A DNA stretch of 62,108 bases, counting the filler, from Squatina squatina (taxonomy: Eukaryota), in assembly GCA_031763465.1 (NCBI GenBank). It is 4 parts of 4 records of this genome, joined end to end, with 100 filler letters (N's around TTAATTAATTAA, not from the genome) between each part and the next. Parts side by side here need not be neighbours in the genome. Positions count along the whole stretch, not along the records: positions 35,521 to 47,610 come from JARFOE010010642.1; positions 47,711 to 62,108 come from JARFOE010000019.1; 2 more parts are not named here. The stretch is one strand, 5' to 3'. The position numbers and the translations under genes are program-made. Below are positions 40,362-49,932 of this stretch, piece by piece (the first letter of the stretch is position 1; each line of letters starts with the position of its first letter). Under the pieces are notes generated by a model. It saw only the letters and a program-made list of their open reading frames with translations. It was not told where the DNA came from and searched no databases.

Positions 40362-42327
40362 TCTCACACTCTTCAGGATCACTCTCCAAAGATCCCTGTC
40401 ACTCTGGAATCGAACACTCTCTTCGGGATCACTCTCTGCAGATCCCTGTCACACCAGGGTCTCACACTCTTCAGGATCACTCTGCACAAATCCCCGTCAC
40501 TCTGGAATCAGCCACTCCCTTCAGGATCACTCTCCACACATCCCTGTCCCTCCGGGCTCAGTCACTCTCTTCAGGATCTCTCTCCACAGATCCCCGTCAC
40601 TCCAGGGTCTCACACTCTTCAGGATCACTCTCCACAGATCCCCGTCACTCTGGAATCGAATACTCTCTTCGGGATCACTCTCCACAGATCCCTGTCACTC
40701 CAGGGTCTCACACTCTTCAGGATCACTCTCCACAGATCCCCGTCACTCTGGAATCTAACACTCTCTTCGGGATCACTCACCACAGATCCCTGTCACTCTG
40801 GAATCAGTCACTCTCTTCAGGATCACTCTCCACAGATCCCCGTCACTCTGGAATCAGCCGCTCTCTTCAGAATCACTCTCCACAGATCCCTGTCACTCTA
40901 GGGTCTCAAACTCTCTTCAGGATCACTCTCCACAGTTCCCCGTCTCTCTGGAATCAGCCACTCTCTTCAGGATCACTCTCCACAGTTCCCCGTCACTCTG
41001 GAATCAGCCACTCTCTTCAGGATCACTCTCCACAGATCCCTGTCACTCTGGAATCAGCTAATGTCTTCAGGATCACTCTCCACAGATCCCCCTCACTCTG
41101 GAATCAGCCACTCTATTCAGGATCACTCTCCACAGTTCCCCGTCACTCTGGAATCAGCCACTCTCTTCAGGATCACTCTCCACAGATCCCCCTCACTCTG
41201 GAATCAGCCACTCTATTCAGGATCACTCTCCACAGATCCCCGTCACTCTGGAATCAGCTACTGTCTTCAGGATCACTCTCCAAATATCCCTGTCACTCCA
41301 GGGTCTCACACACCTCAGGATCTCTCTCCACAGATCCCCGTCACTCTGGATTCGGACACTCTCTTCAGGGACATTCTCTATAGATCCCTGTCACTCCAGG
41401 GTCTCAAAATCTCTTCAGGATCACTCACCAGTGATCTCCGCCCTCTGGACTCGGTCACTCTCTTCAGGATCACTGTCCACAGTTCCCCGTCACTCTGGAA
41501 TCAGCCACTCTCTTCAGGATCACTGTCCACAGATCCCCGTCACTCTGGAATCAGCCACTCTCTTCAGGATCACTCTCCACAGATCCCCGTCACTCTGGAC
41601 TCGGACACTCTCTTCAGGGACATTCTCCATAGATCCCTGTCACTCCAGGGTCTCACACTCTTCAGGATCACTCACCACAGATCCCTGTCACTCTGGAATC
41701 AGCCACATTCTTCAGGATCACTCACCACAGATCCCTGTCACTCTGGAATCGAACACTCTCTTCAGGATCACTCTCCACAGATCCCTGTCTCTCTGGAATC
41801 AGCCACATTATTCAGGATCACTCTCCACAGATCCCCCTCTCTCTGGAATCAGCCACACTCTTCAGGATCACTCACCACAGGTCCCCGTCACTCTGGAATC
41901 AGCCATTCTCTTCAGGATCACTCTCCACAGATCCACATCACTCTGGAATCAGACACTAACTCCTGGATCACTCCCCACAGATCCCTGTCACTCCATGGTC
42001 TCACACTCTTCAGGATCACTCTCCACAGATCCCCGTCACTCTGGAACCAGCCACTCTCTTCAGGATCACTCTCCACAGATCCCCGTCACTCTGGAATCAG
42101 ACACTCTCTTCTGGATCACTCTCCACAGATCCCTGTCACTCCAGGGTCTCACACTCTTCACGATCACGCCACACAGATCCCCGTCACTCTGGAACCAGCC
42201 AATCTCTTCAGGATCACGCCGCACAGATCCCCGTCACTCTGGAACCAGCCACTCTCTTCAGGATCACTCTCCACAGATCCCCATCACTCTGGAATCGGAC
42301 ACTCCCTTCAGGATCGCTTTCCACAGA
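40362..42327 (+). repeat. Tandem repeat (minisatellite), about 40 units of 50 bp with an interspersed 48-bp variant
   Basis: Unit CACTCTCTTCAGGATCACTCTCCACAGATCCCCGTCACTCTGGAATCAGC; the variant has CAGGGTCTCA in place of TGGAATCAGCCA. Confidence 0.97.
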
Positions 42328-42385
42328 AATATTGTTTTCTGGCAATCTCGGCTCATTCATGTCAAATAGAAGCTTCCGGCACCCA

Positions 42386-42467
42386 GCTGTGATGGCCGAA
42401 TGGTTACGGCTTTTGACTCAAAATTCAATGTGGTTTCCCCAAGTCGGTTCAAACTCTGCTCACGGCG
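42386..42467 (+). pseudogene. tRNA-Ser(CGA)-derived pseudogene (anticodon now CAA)
   Basis: 82 nt, GCTGTGATGGCCGAATGGTTACGG..GACTCAAAATTCAATG..GGTTCAAACTCTGCTCACGGCG, colinear with vertebrate Ser-CGA; several stem mismatches. Confidence 0.8.
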
Positions 42468-42564
42468 GATTTGTTGGAGCAGCTTCCTACATTTTATTCC
42501 GCTCTCTCTGGAAGCCATTGGCTCTGAAGTTGGCCAAGACCTTCACCACTTCAATTGCAAAAAG

Positions 42565-42652
42565 GAGGCAGTGACCACATGCAAACACAATCCACTTGGG
42601 TGATAGAAATGATTTAATTCGAAGATTGCAAATTCGAGTCATGTCCATTATT
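42565..42652 (+). pseudogene. Heavily decayed tRNA-Arg(TCG)-like remnant with a possible intron
   Basis: 3' part GAAGATTGCAAATTCGAGTCATGTC resembles GAAGATTGCAGGTTCGAGTCCTGCC; weak 5' match GTGACC..ATG..ACTTGGG, with about 15 extra nt between. Confidence 0.4.
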
Positions 42653-42938
42653 TTCACACTGGTAAAGATTCCACTATTACCGCAACTATTTTACTTACCT
42701 CCATCATTGAAATTTTCCTGTGGCATTGTCTTAATCTAACATTCACTTTCACCTACTTACACCGTTAGGTTTGCTCTGCTACCACCACTGTTCTTGGGGG
42801 CACATGCCTCATTCACACCAATCTGAATTGTTGCTTTGAAACCAGTTGATATATTTAGACCTGTGGGACCGCTGGTCAGACAATCATTGCGAGAGCATGG
42901 CGGGCCGTCAGAAGCAAAATAGCCAGATTGCACATGAA

Positions 42939-42995
42939 CTTTCCTTGGCCTAATGGATAAGGTGTCTGACATCGCGGCTTATTGTAATCGGGATT
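42939..42995 (+). pseudogene. tRNA-Arg(TCG) 5' half remnant
   Basis: TGGCCTAATGGATAAGGTGTCTGACATCG versus consensus TGGCCTAATGGATAAGGCGTCTGACTTCG; the T arm is missing. Confidence 0.65.
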
Positions 42996-43092
42996 AGTGA
43001 CAGTGACAGATCATTCTGTGTCTCTTTTAACAGGGTGAGCTCACAGTCCCCAATCATTCTGAGTTAGTCCGTTTAAAAGGAGTGTGATTTCA

Positions 43093-43144
43093 GCTGTGCT
43101 GACCGAGTTGAAAAGTTGTTGTATTCGAACTTAAACTCGCAGCG
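43093..43144 (+). pseudogene. Internally deleted tRNA-Ser(CGA)-like remnant
   Basis: GCTGTGCTGACCGAGTTG..TTCGAACTTAAACTCGCAGCG keeps both acceptor strands but lacks about 30 nt. Confidence 0.5.
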
Positions 43145-43570
43145 CATCCATTCATTAATTCAAAATATGTTCATCGTTGGCTGGTGCCATCAATTTGCTC
43201 ACCATTCTTAGATGATTATTCTGTTCGGTGACATTAGCGCCCACGTGCCCTATTGTCTCAGGTGTTTGATTTCAATGCTCACGTTGATGTTAGCAGAATA
43301 TTGCAGGTTTCGGACCTTCCACGGTGGCTTAACTTACTGAGCAAAAAGGTTTTCTTCTTGTTCCGAATCTGTATCAATACCAACCGTTTCTGACAGCCCC
43401 TCACCTGAATATAGGGAGGGACTTTTAGCTTCCAAAGTTAATCATAAATTTTCAATATTGTCAATCCGGGTGCACGAACATAACAAGCGGTGAAGAGGAC
43501 TCTCTTGCAGAGTATTTCAGCTTGAATGCGAAATTAGGAAATGGAATGGCTGAGTCACCTGCAATGGGGC

Positions 43571-43652
43571 GACGAGGTGGCCGAGAGGTTAAGGTGCTGG
43601 CCTGCTAATCTGTTGTTTTCTGCATGCGTGGGCTCGAATCCCACCCTCGTCG
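43571..43652 (+). tRNA. tRNA-Ser(GCT), probably a pseudogene
   Basis: 82 nt, GACGAGGTGGCCGAGAGGTTAAGG..CTGCTAAT..GTGGGCTCGAATCCCACCCTCGTCG. Acceptor and T stems are intact, but there are anticodon-stem mismatches and T54>C. Confidence 0.8.
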
Positions 43653-43934
43653 TTACTTTGTTAAAATGCTGATTCATTTGATTGGTTTTTCCAATCACCT
43701 TAACTTTCATTTCCAAATTCAACTTTTGTCCCCTCACCTTCCATACTTAGCTCATGTCATGCCCCCAGATAGTGATGTATACTTTAAAGGGACAACATAT
43801 GTCGGATTATGTAGAGTGGGACTAATTAGAGAGCACTCTCACAAAGGACAGGTACGATTGGTTGAACAGCTTTCTTCAGCGCCATCAGAATCTGAGTATT
43901 CAATACAGAATGAATTGTGCCTTTGTTTGTTGGC

Positions 43935-44021
43935 AGCCTGTTGCTCCAGGGCTATGATTCTCTCCTTGTGGTTTTTGTAGCTAAGATGCGAGAGGTAGCG
44001 TGTTTAATGCAGATGGAGCCG
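43935..44021 (+). pseudogene. tRNA-Pro pseudogene with a 16-nt insertion in the anticodon loop
   Basis: AGCCTGTTGCTCCAGGGCTATGATTCTCTC-[23-nt loop]-GCGAGAGGT..GGAGCC aligns to tRNA-Pro GGCTCGTTGGTCTAGGGGTATGATTCTCGC..GCGAGAGGTC..GAGCC. Confidence 0.65.
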
Positions 44022-44384
44022 GTGGCTTTGAGTAAAATATCAGCCATGTTCTATTCCAGCTAATGGAAAATCTTCACATTTTGCTTTTCGCACCTATCAA
44101 CTCGTATTAATTGGGATAAACTTACATTCAACGTCAATCTCCACATCTTCTTGAAACACCCACTGTGCTGATTATTGGTCAGTCCCACTTTCTCTCGTGC
44201 CGAAAGGAGGTGAAAAGCTGCCCAGGATGCCTGCCCTGATTCAAAGGGCTGCGCACCTTCTCTTACGATTCATCAATTTACAGCCTTCCGTCCTCAGCAA
44301 TAAGTTCAAAAATTCGGATCCGAACAAGCGCTCCCACTGTTGGGGCAACGGGTGCAGGTAACGATTACATAAATATGATTATGT

Positions 44385-46510
44385 AGAATTTATGGCACAG
44401 AAACAGGCCATTCGGCCCAACCAATCCATGCTGACGTTTATGTCCGCTCGACCCGCCTCCCGTCTTCCTCATCTAAATCTATCAGCAGAAACCTCTATTC
44501 CCTTCTCCCTCCTGTGCTTGCCGAGACTCGCCTTCAATGCATCTATTCAATTCGCTTCAACCACTCCCTATGGTGGCGAGGTCCACATTCTCACCACGTT
44601 TTTTGGTAAAGTAGTTTCTTCTGAATTCCCTCTTGGATTTATTGGTGACTATCCTACATTGATGGCCTCCAGTTCTGCTCTTCTACACAAGTGGAAACAC
44701 TCCCGTTGTATCCACTGTATCAGAACCTTTCATAATTATAAAGAGCTCTATTAGGTCACCACTCAGTCTTTGTTCAAGGGAAGAGAGACCCAGTCTGGTC
44801 ACCGTTTCCCAATATGTACAACCTCACATTTTTGGTATCAAGTTTGTTGCAGTCCTCCTCAGCATTGACTTTGTATCCCGCTCCCCGCCTCGCCACCCCC
44901 GAATCTGGCGTCATCAGCAAATTTAGAAACAGTGTTTTTGATTCCAAAGTCTAAATCGTGAATGTAGTTGTGAACAGCAGCCTCTTCTCTGCACCCTCTT
45001 CAGCGCCTCTATATCATTTTTTATAATAACGTGACCAGAATTCCATGCAGCACTCTGTGTGGTCTAACCAAGATTCGATACAAGTTTAGCATCCATTCCA
45101 TACTTTTCAATTCTCTACCTCGAGAAATAAACCCGACTGCTTGGTTTGCTTTGTATTAGCCTTAGAAACCTGTGCTGCAACTTTTAAGGCCTTAAATCAC
45201 GATTTCCCTGGTGGGGATCTTGACTGATTCAATGCTTAGGCTGGTAACAGGTTACCAACGCTGAGCTTTGCGAGATTTTTGCAAAACTTGTACTGAAATT
45301 CTGTTATCGTTTTTAATGCATGGTTTTACCAGCATAAGACTTGTCAAAAACATTTAAATCGAAAAAAATAATGGTACATTAATTTAAAACCATTCCCAGG
45401 AAGGTGAGTAGGTTTTTATGCATTTTAAAAGACATATTTAAATTTAGAAAAAAATGACTTATTAATCTCCTTTTTATTAAGTTTTACTGTTGGAATAGTT
45501 TTCAAAATGTTTTCGGATGTGTTTGTGCTGTTTTTCATCTTTAATTCAATTGTTGACAGGTCTGTGATTGTTTGAGGCCTCCCATGTGAACTCTCCAGCC
45601 TGGACCGGGGACTTCCCCGGGAGTCTACAGAGCCCCGCTCCAAAACTCCAACTCAGGTGGGCTGAAACTCGCAGGGTTGCGTGGATCGAGGAATGTCAGG
45701 TAAGTACGTAAATAGTTTTTTGCCATCAGAGGCCTCCGCATACAGGAAGCCTCCGATCGGAAATTTAGGGCCAGTGTGAATTGTGTATTTTCACTCCTAG
45801 ATCTCTTTGCTTTTCTATCCCACCTAGAGTCGCAACATCCAAGTAATGAGTGAGCTCCCATTTCTTCCTACCAATTTGTAACAGCTCATATTTATCTGTT
45901 TCAAACTTAATTTGCCAATTATTTGCCCATTATGCAAATTTTATTAATGTCCTCCTGCAATTTATTGCAGTCCACCTCGGTATTTAATATGCCCCCCGCC
46001 ACACCCCCAATTTGGTGTCATCAGCTAATTTAGACACAGTGGTTTTGTTTCCAAAGTATAAATCGTGAATGAAAATTGTGAACAGCAATGATTCCAGCGC
46101 TGATCCTTGAGGAACACCACTACCCAATGTCTGCCACTGTGAACAGCTACACATTACTCCGACTCTCTTCTTTCTGTTGTGAAGGCAGCCAGCAACCCAT
46201 TCTGCTACCGGCCCGCTGACTCTGCATTCTCTGACCTTGATCATCATGGCTATATTATGGGGCACCGGTATAAGAACTTTTGGAAATCTAGATCAATTCC
46301 ATCTAATGAACCAGCATTGTTTATTATCTCTATTACCGCTTCAAAAATGTCATTAAGTTTGGTCAGGCAAGATTTTCCTTTTTGAAATCCATGCAATCTC
46401 TTCATGATTATATTCTTTCGTTTCTAGATGTTGTCCTTATTTTTCCTTCAGCAAGGATTCCATTATTCTTCGAACCACCTGTGTTGAGCTAACTGGTCTA
46501 AAATTCCCAG
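44385..46510 (-). mobile_element. CR1 LINE fragments (3'UTR and RT), interrupted by a DNA transposon
   Basis: CAGAAACAGGCCATTCGGCCCAAC 3' end; RT translation [46 protein letters not shown] (45984-46265). Confidence 0.85.
45188..45772. mobile_element. Non-autonomous DNA transposon with TIRs inserted into the CR1
   Basis: Left GGCCTTAAATCACGAT; right ATCGGAAATTTAGGGCC (reverse complement GGCCCTAAATTTCCGAT). CR1 sequence resumes on both sides; related ends occur at ~10100 and ~13618. Confidence 0.65.
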
Positions 46511-46525
46511 CATATGTTCGATCAC

Positions 46526-47215
46526 TGTAAGTCGCACACACTGCTCCCCAACCTGGAGTCTTCCTGTGCGATCGACAGCGCCCCGGACACTGTGTACAGG
46601 CAGAGAGTCGTCAGCCATCTGATGCTTCATGTTACAAGGACTTAAAGGCAAATGGACGTTTTGTGAGAGCGTTGCAGATGAACACACAACACACAGTGTT
46701 TAATTCTCAAGAGAGAGTAGGAACTTTATTATCTTTCAATATTGTTTTCTTTACACACACTATTAACAATGGAAAACCTGAGGGAGACCAGCGCTTTCCA
46801 TTCCTAGGTCAGATTGAGGAGCCCCAATTTAGACAGGCCGTCCGAATAGCCTCTAAATACTAGCCCACCAATTCTACCATTATAGCAGAGTGGCCGCTTA
46901 GCCCCCACTGTTTGAGGCCCCGCCGGTTCGGGAGAGTGTAGCCCACGTGTGCTATGCTCACCAATCCAATGATATCTGCGTAGTTGGAAACCACGTGGCT
47001 CACTCTAATGGCGTCCGTTCAGAAGGGTGAAGGTCTTCCAAATGAATGGGTCTTTAAAATGCGTGGGGTACAGCAAGGAAATGCTGTCCCAAGTCTTTGT
47101 TTATGGTCGATTGTTTTGAAACCAGTTTATTTAAGTGGGAGGGGTGGTGTCCCCAGCCACCGTATGTATTCATCTCCTGGGCTGAGTAAAAGTCCATTTT
47201 AGGTGTCTGATAACA
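46526..47215 (-). mobile_element. Possible LTR (~690 bp)
   Basis: Begins TGTAA where the CR1 breaks off and ends TAACA; internal TTTATT (AATAAA on minus) at ~46725. No clear TSD, PBS or PPT. Confidence 0.35.
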
Positions 47216-47654
47216 GTAAGAATAAAAAAAGCTCTCTGTATATCTTTGCGAATGTTGTTATGTTGGTAATTTTAACAGTTGCAAACTGTAAAATCATGTC
47301 TTCCCAGCACCTGGGCCTCGATGTTCTGTTAGTTGTTAAAATAAAAGTGTCTTCAGCTCTTGTGGCTGGAGTTTCTAATTACCATACGTACTTTCTCTGT
47401 TGATTGAGAGGAGTCCGCAGGTTTTTCACCACCTGCCAGTTCGAAGTCCACATTTTAAATTCCTGACCCCTGTCCACCATTTTGTTCCTGGCCTCAAAAG
47501 TATGCAGCATTTTGGCCCAATTCTTACAATCACTGTAGAATTGTGCCCAAATTGAGACTTTCTGGACAATAAACTGGGCCTTAAAATGGAGTCTTGAAAA
47601 ACAAAATGGANNNNNNNNNNNNNNNNNNNNNNNNNNNNNNNNNNNNNNNNNNNN

Positions 47655-47666
47655 TTAATTAATTAA
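47655..47666. other. Artificial scaffold linker
   Basis: N44-TTAATTAATTAA-N44. Confidence 0.97.
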
Positions 47667-48481
47667 NNNNNNNNNNNNNNNNNNNNNNNNNNNNNNNNNN
47701 NNNNNNNNNNCTTTATATGCATGTCACGTTCCCACTTGGAAATTCTTCAAATATCAAAAATTGTCTTGAGATCATTTTATCAAAATATTTTATTGGGATT
47801 ATATTTAAAAACATAATTGAATATCTGGATTTTCAAATTTGAAATAATATTTGAACCAAAAGTTCTTGTCATTTTTAATCAGTTCAAAACTATTAATAGT
47901 TTTTATGTCTATTCTAAAAGTCTCTTTTCAAGAGAAATCTTTATAAAATTGTGCTTTATTTTAATTTCTCATTTGCTTTCAGCCAAATATGTACAAAACT
48001 AGTTTTCTTGAATTACAATTACAATAATGAATTACATTTATGGTAATTTTAAAACTTGTACTGTTAGATTTTGCTTGAAAATACAGATTCTCAGTGCGGC
48101 AAACTAGATAAACATGAATTGCTTTTCGCTCAATATTTCTTTCACGCCTTTGAGCACTTCCATATCTTTTAGCACCTTTAATGTCACTGAGGGGCAGAGT
48201 TATGATTGTGCCACTCATTCACTTTATTTTGACATTTGCTTAGCTATGTGGTTATGCATATTCTCAGTAGGATATGTGATTTAATAAGCATTTGATGTGA
48301 CATTTGATAAGCCTTTGTGTGCAGAACACCTTTTTGTAATTAAAGCTGCATAACATTGCTGTAACAAATCACTGCTAACATTTCATCAGAACATTTTGTG
48401 AGTTTCTCATACTTCTGTTTTACAACTGCATGTTGTTTGGGTCTGCGTGTGCATTTTTTTTTCTGCTGTTTTGCATTTTAG

Positions 48482-48647
48482 CTAAACTAAGACTTGCTAT
48501 GCATGAAGGCAGTGCCATCACACACAGCAGAGCCCTTGCTGATAAGAAGCTGCATATTTGCATGAAGAAGGTTCGAAGTCTGCAGGAGCGCATGCAACAA
48601 TCCATCCACTCCCCTCCACCAGGGGACCCCGTGACTGAATGCAAAAG
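48482..48647 (+). CDS. Probable internal coding exon (coiled-coil-like) of an unidentified gene
   Basis: Strong acceptor TTTTTTTTCTGCTGTTTTGCATTTTAG|, open frame [42 protein letters not shown], donor AAAG|GTAGTA; GC higher than the flanks. Confidence 0.55.
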
Positions 48648-49180
48648 GTAGTATCTGATGATTAAGAGGGACAAACGTCAGATAGAAGCCATTTGAGCAT
48701 TGATACAACAAATAATGCTTTGAAAACGAGACCTTTTGTTTTATAGAAAATTAGCTTGTCATTATTGGGCAAAATGTTCAGTAACCATATAAATTATTTC
48801 GAAAACTTTGTCATGATGCATTTTTTTTTGAAAGAAATATGCAGAACTGCTATGAATTAATTGAGAGACTGTTTCTGATCAGAATTGTAATGGAGCTAGT
48901 ATTAGTTATGCTTCCGTAAATTTGAGTAACTTGGGCGGAGGTCCGTGTGGTGTTGGCAACTCCTTTTGAGATTCATTTTAATTTCTAGCCCCTTGAGCAC
49001 AACATTTCCATGAGGTATTTAAAAATATGCAGATACTACTATAGAGCAGCTGTACNNNNNNNNNNNNNNNNNNNNNNNNNNNNNNNNNNNNNNNNNNNNN
49101 NNNNNNNNNNNNNNNNNNNNNNNNNNNNNNNNNNNNNNNNNNNNNNNNNNNNNNNTTACCTTTTCTGTTTGTTGTGAAAG

Positions 49181-49932
49181 CAGACAAGAACATCGAAAAA
49201 TTTCTGGCTGTGTTTGACCGGGGTGAAGCTCTCAACCATGAGAACTACCAGAGTGTTGCAGTGAACTATGGCACACTGCCACGCTCTCAGAGGAGTTTGA
49301 GTAAAGGACAGAGACCCATCAGAATCGACCAGATGCGCATTGAGAATAAGAATGTCATCAAGCAGAGATTGGCTCAAGGCAACCGAGCAGTTCTCCCAGA
49401 CAAGAGAAAAGTGGAGCAACTTCGCAGAGATGCATCCAGCATAACAGCATTGAGCAGGCCTATGCACCAGACTAGGACTGAGGTGCCCGATAGTTATGGT
49501 TGCACTAACCGTTTCCCTGTGCATTACAGACCTGTGCATGGCTCTGGCCAGAACACTTTTCCAAAAAGCAGCAATGCGGCAAATACCTTGGACCCTCCAA
49601 AATCTCCTTATAACAAGACTTCACGCTCCAGCACTCCAGGCCCAGTCCGCCTTGATGTTCCTCCAGATGAGGATTGGAGGAAGGCAATTTATACCCAGCC
49701 ACAGCCCAGTGAGAGGAAGCATTTGGTCCCTTGTACTACTGCAGTGACCAGCGGTACTGGTATGTATACGAGGCGGCCATCTGCTGGCCAACCAATGACC
49801 AAACAGACTACTCCACAGCCAACCGCCAGGGGGCCTCAGTGCGCTTTATGTCAGCAGGTGTTTATTGATGCTGCCCAAGTGTACTGCCGGAACTGCAGTG
49901 TGTACATGGCGCGGTTTAAGCCACGACACTGA
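49181..49932 (+). CDS. Terminal coding exon (~250 aa) of an unidentified protein with a C-terminal CxxC-x11-CxxC motif
   Basis: Acceptor TTTTCTGTTTGTTGTGAAAG|CAG; 750 nt stop-free, non-repetitive, P/S/T-rich, ending CALCQQVFIDAAQVYCRNC..RH*; AT-rich 3'UTR with AATAAA at 50421. Confidence 0.8.

Noticed and set aside
40362-42327. CRISPR-like array
   Set aside because: No unique spacers, contiguous tandem units, eukaryotic context and no cas genes.
40340-42392. Long ORFs (347, 443, 312 aa) as protein-coding genes
   Set aside because: They are a by-product of a stop-free repeat unit; no credible ATG or splice context and no domain.
42386-42467. Ser tRNA with a CAA anticodon as a Leu-to-Ser recoding tRNA
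   Set aside because: CGA>CAA is a simple CpG transition, and the gene has several stem and A-box mutations; a pseudogene is far more likely.
17145-47710. Recurring palindrome TTAATTAATTAA as a biological motif, and gene adjacency across it
   Set aside because: It is always centred in 44+44 Ns, so it is a concatenation linker. YIPF7-GPR85 and other cross-linker adjacencies are meaningless.
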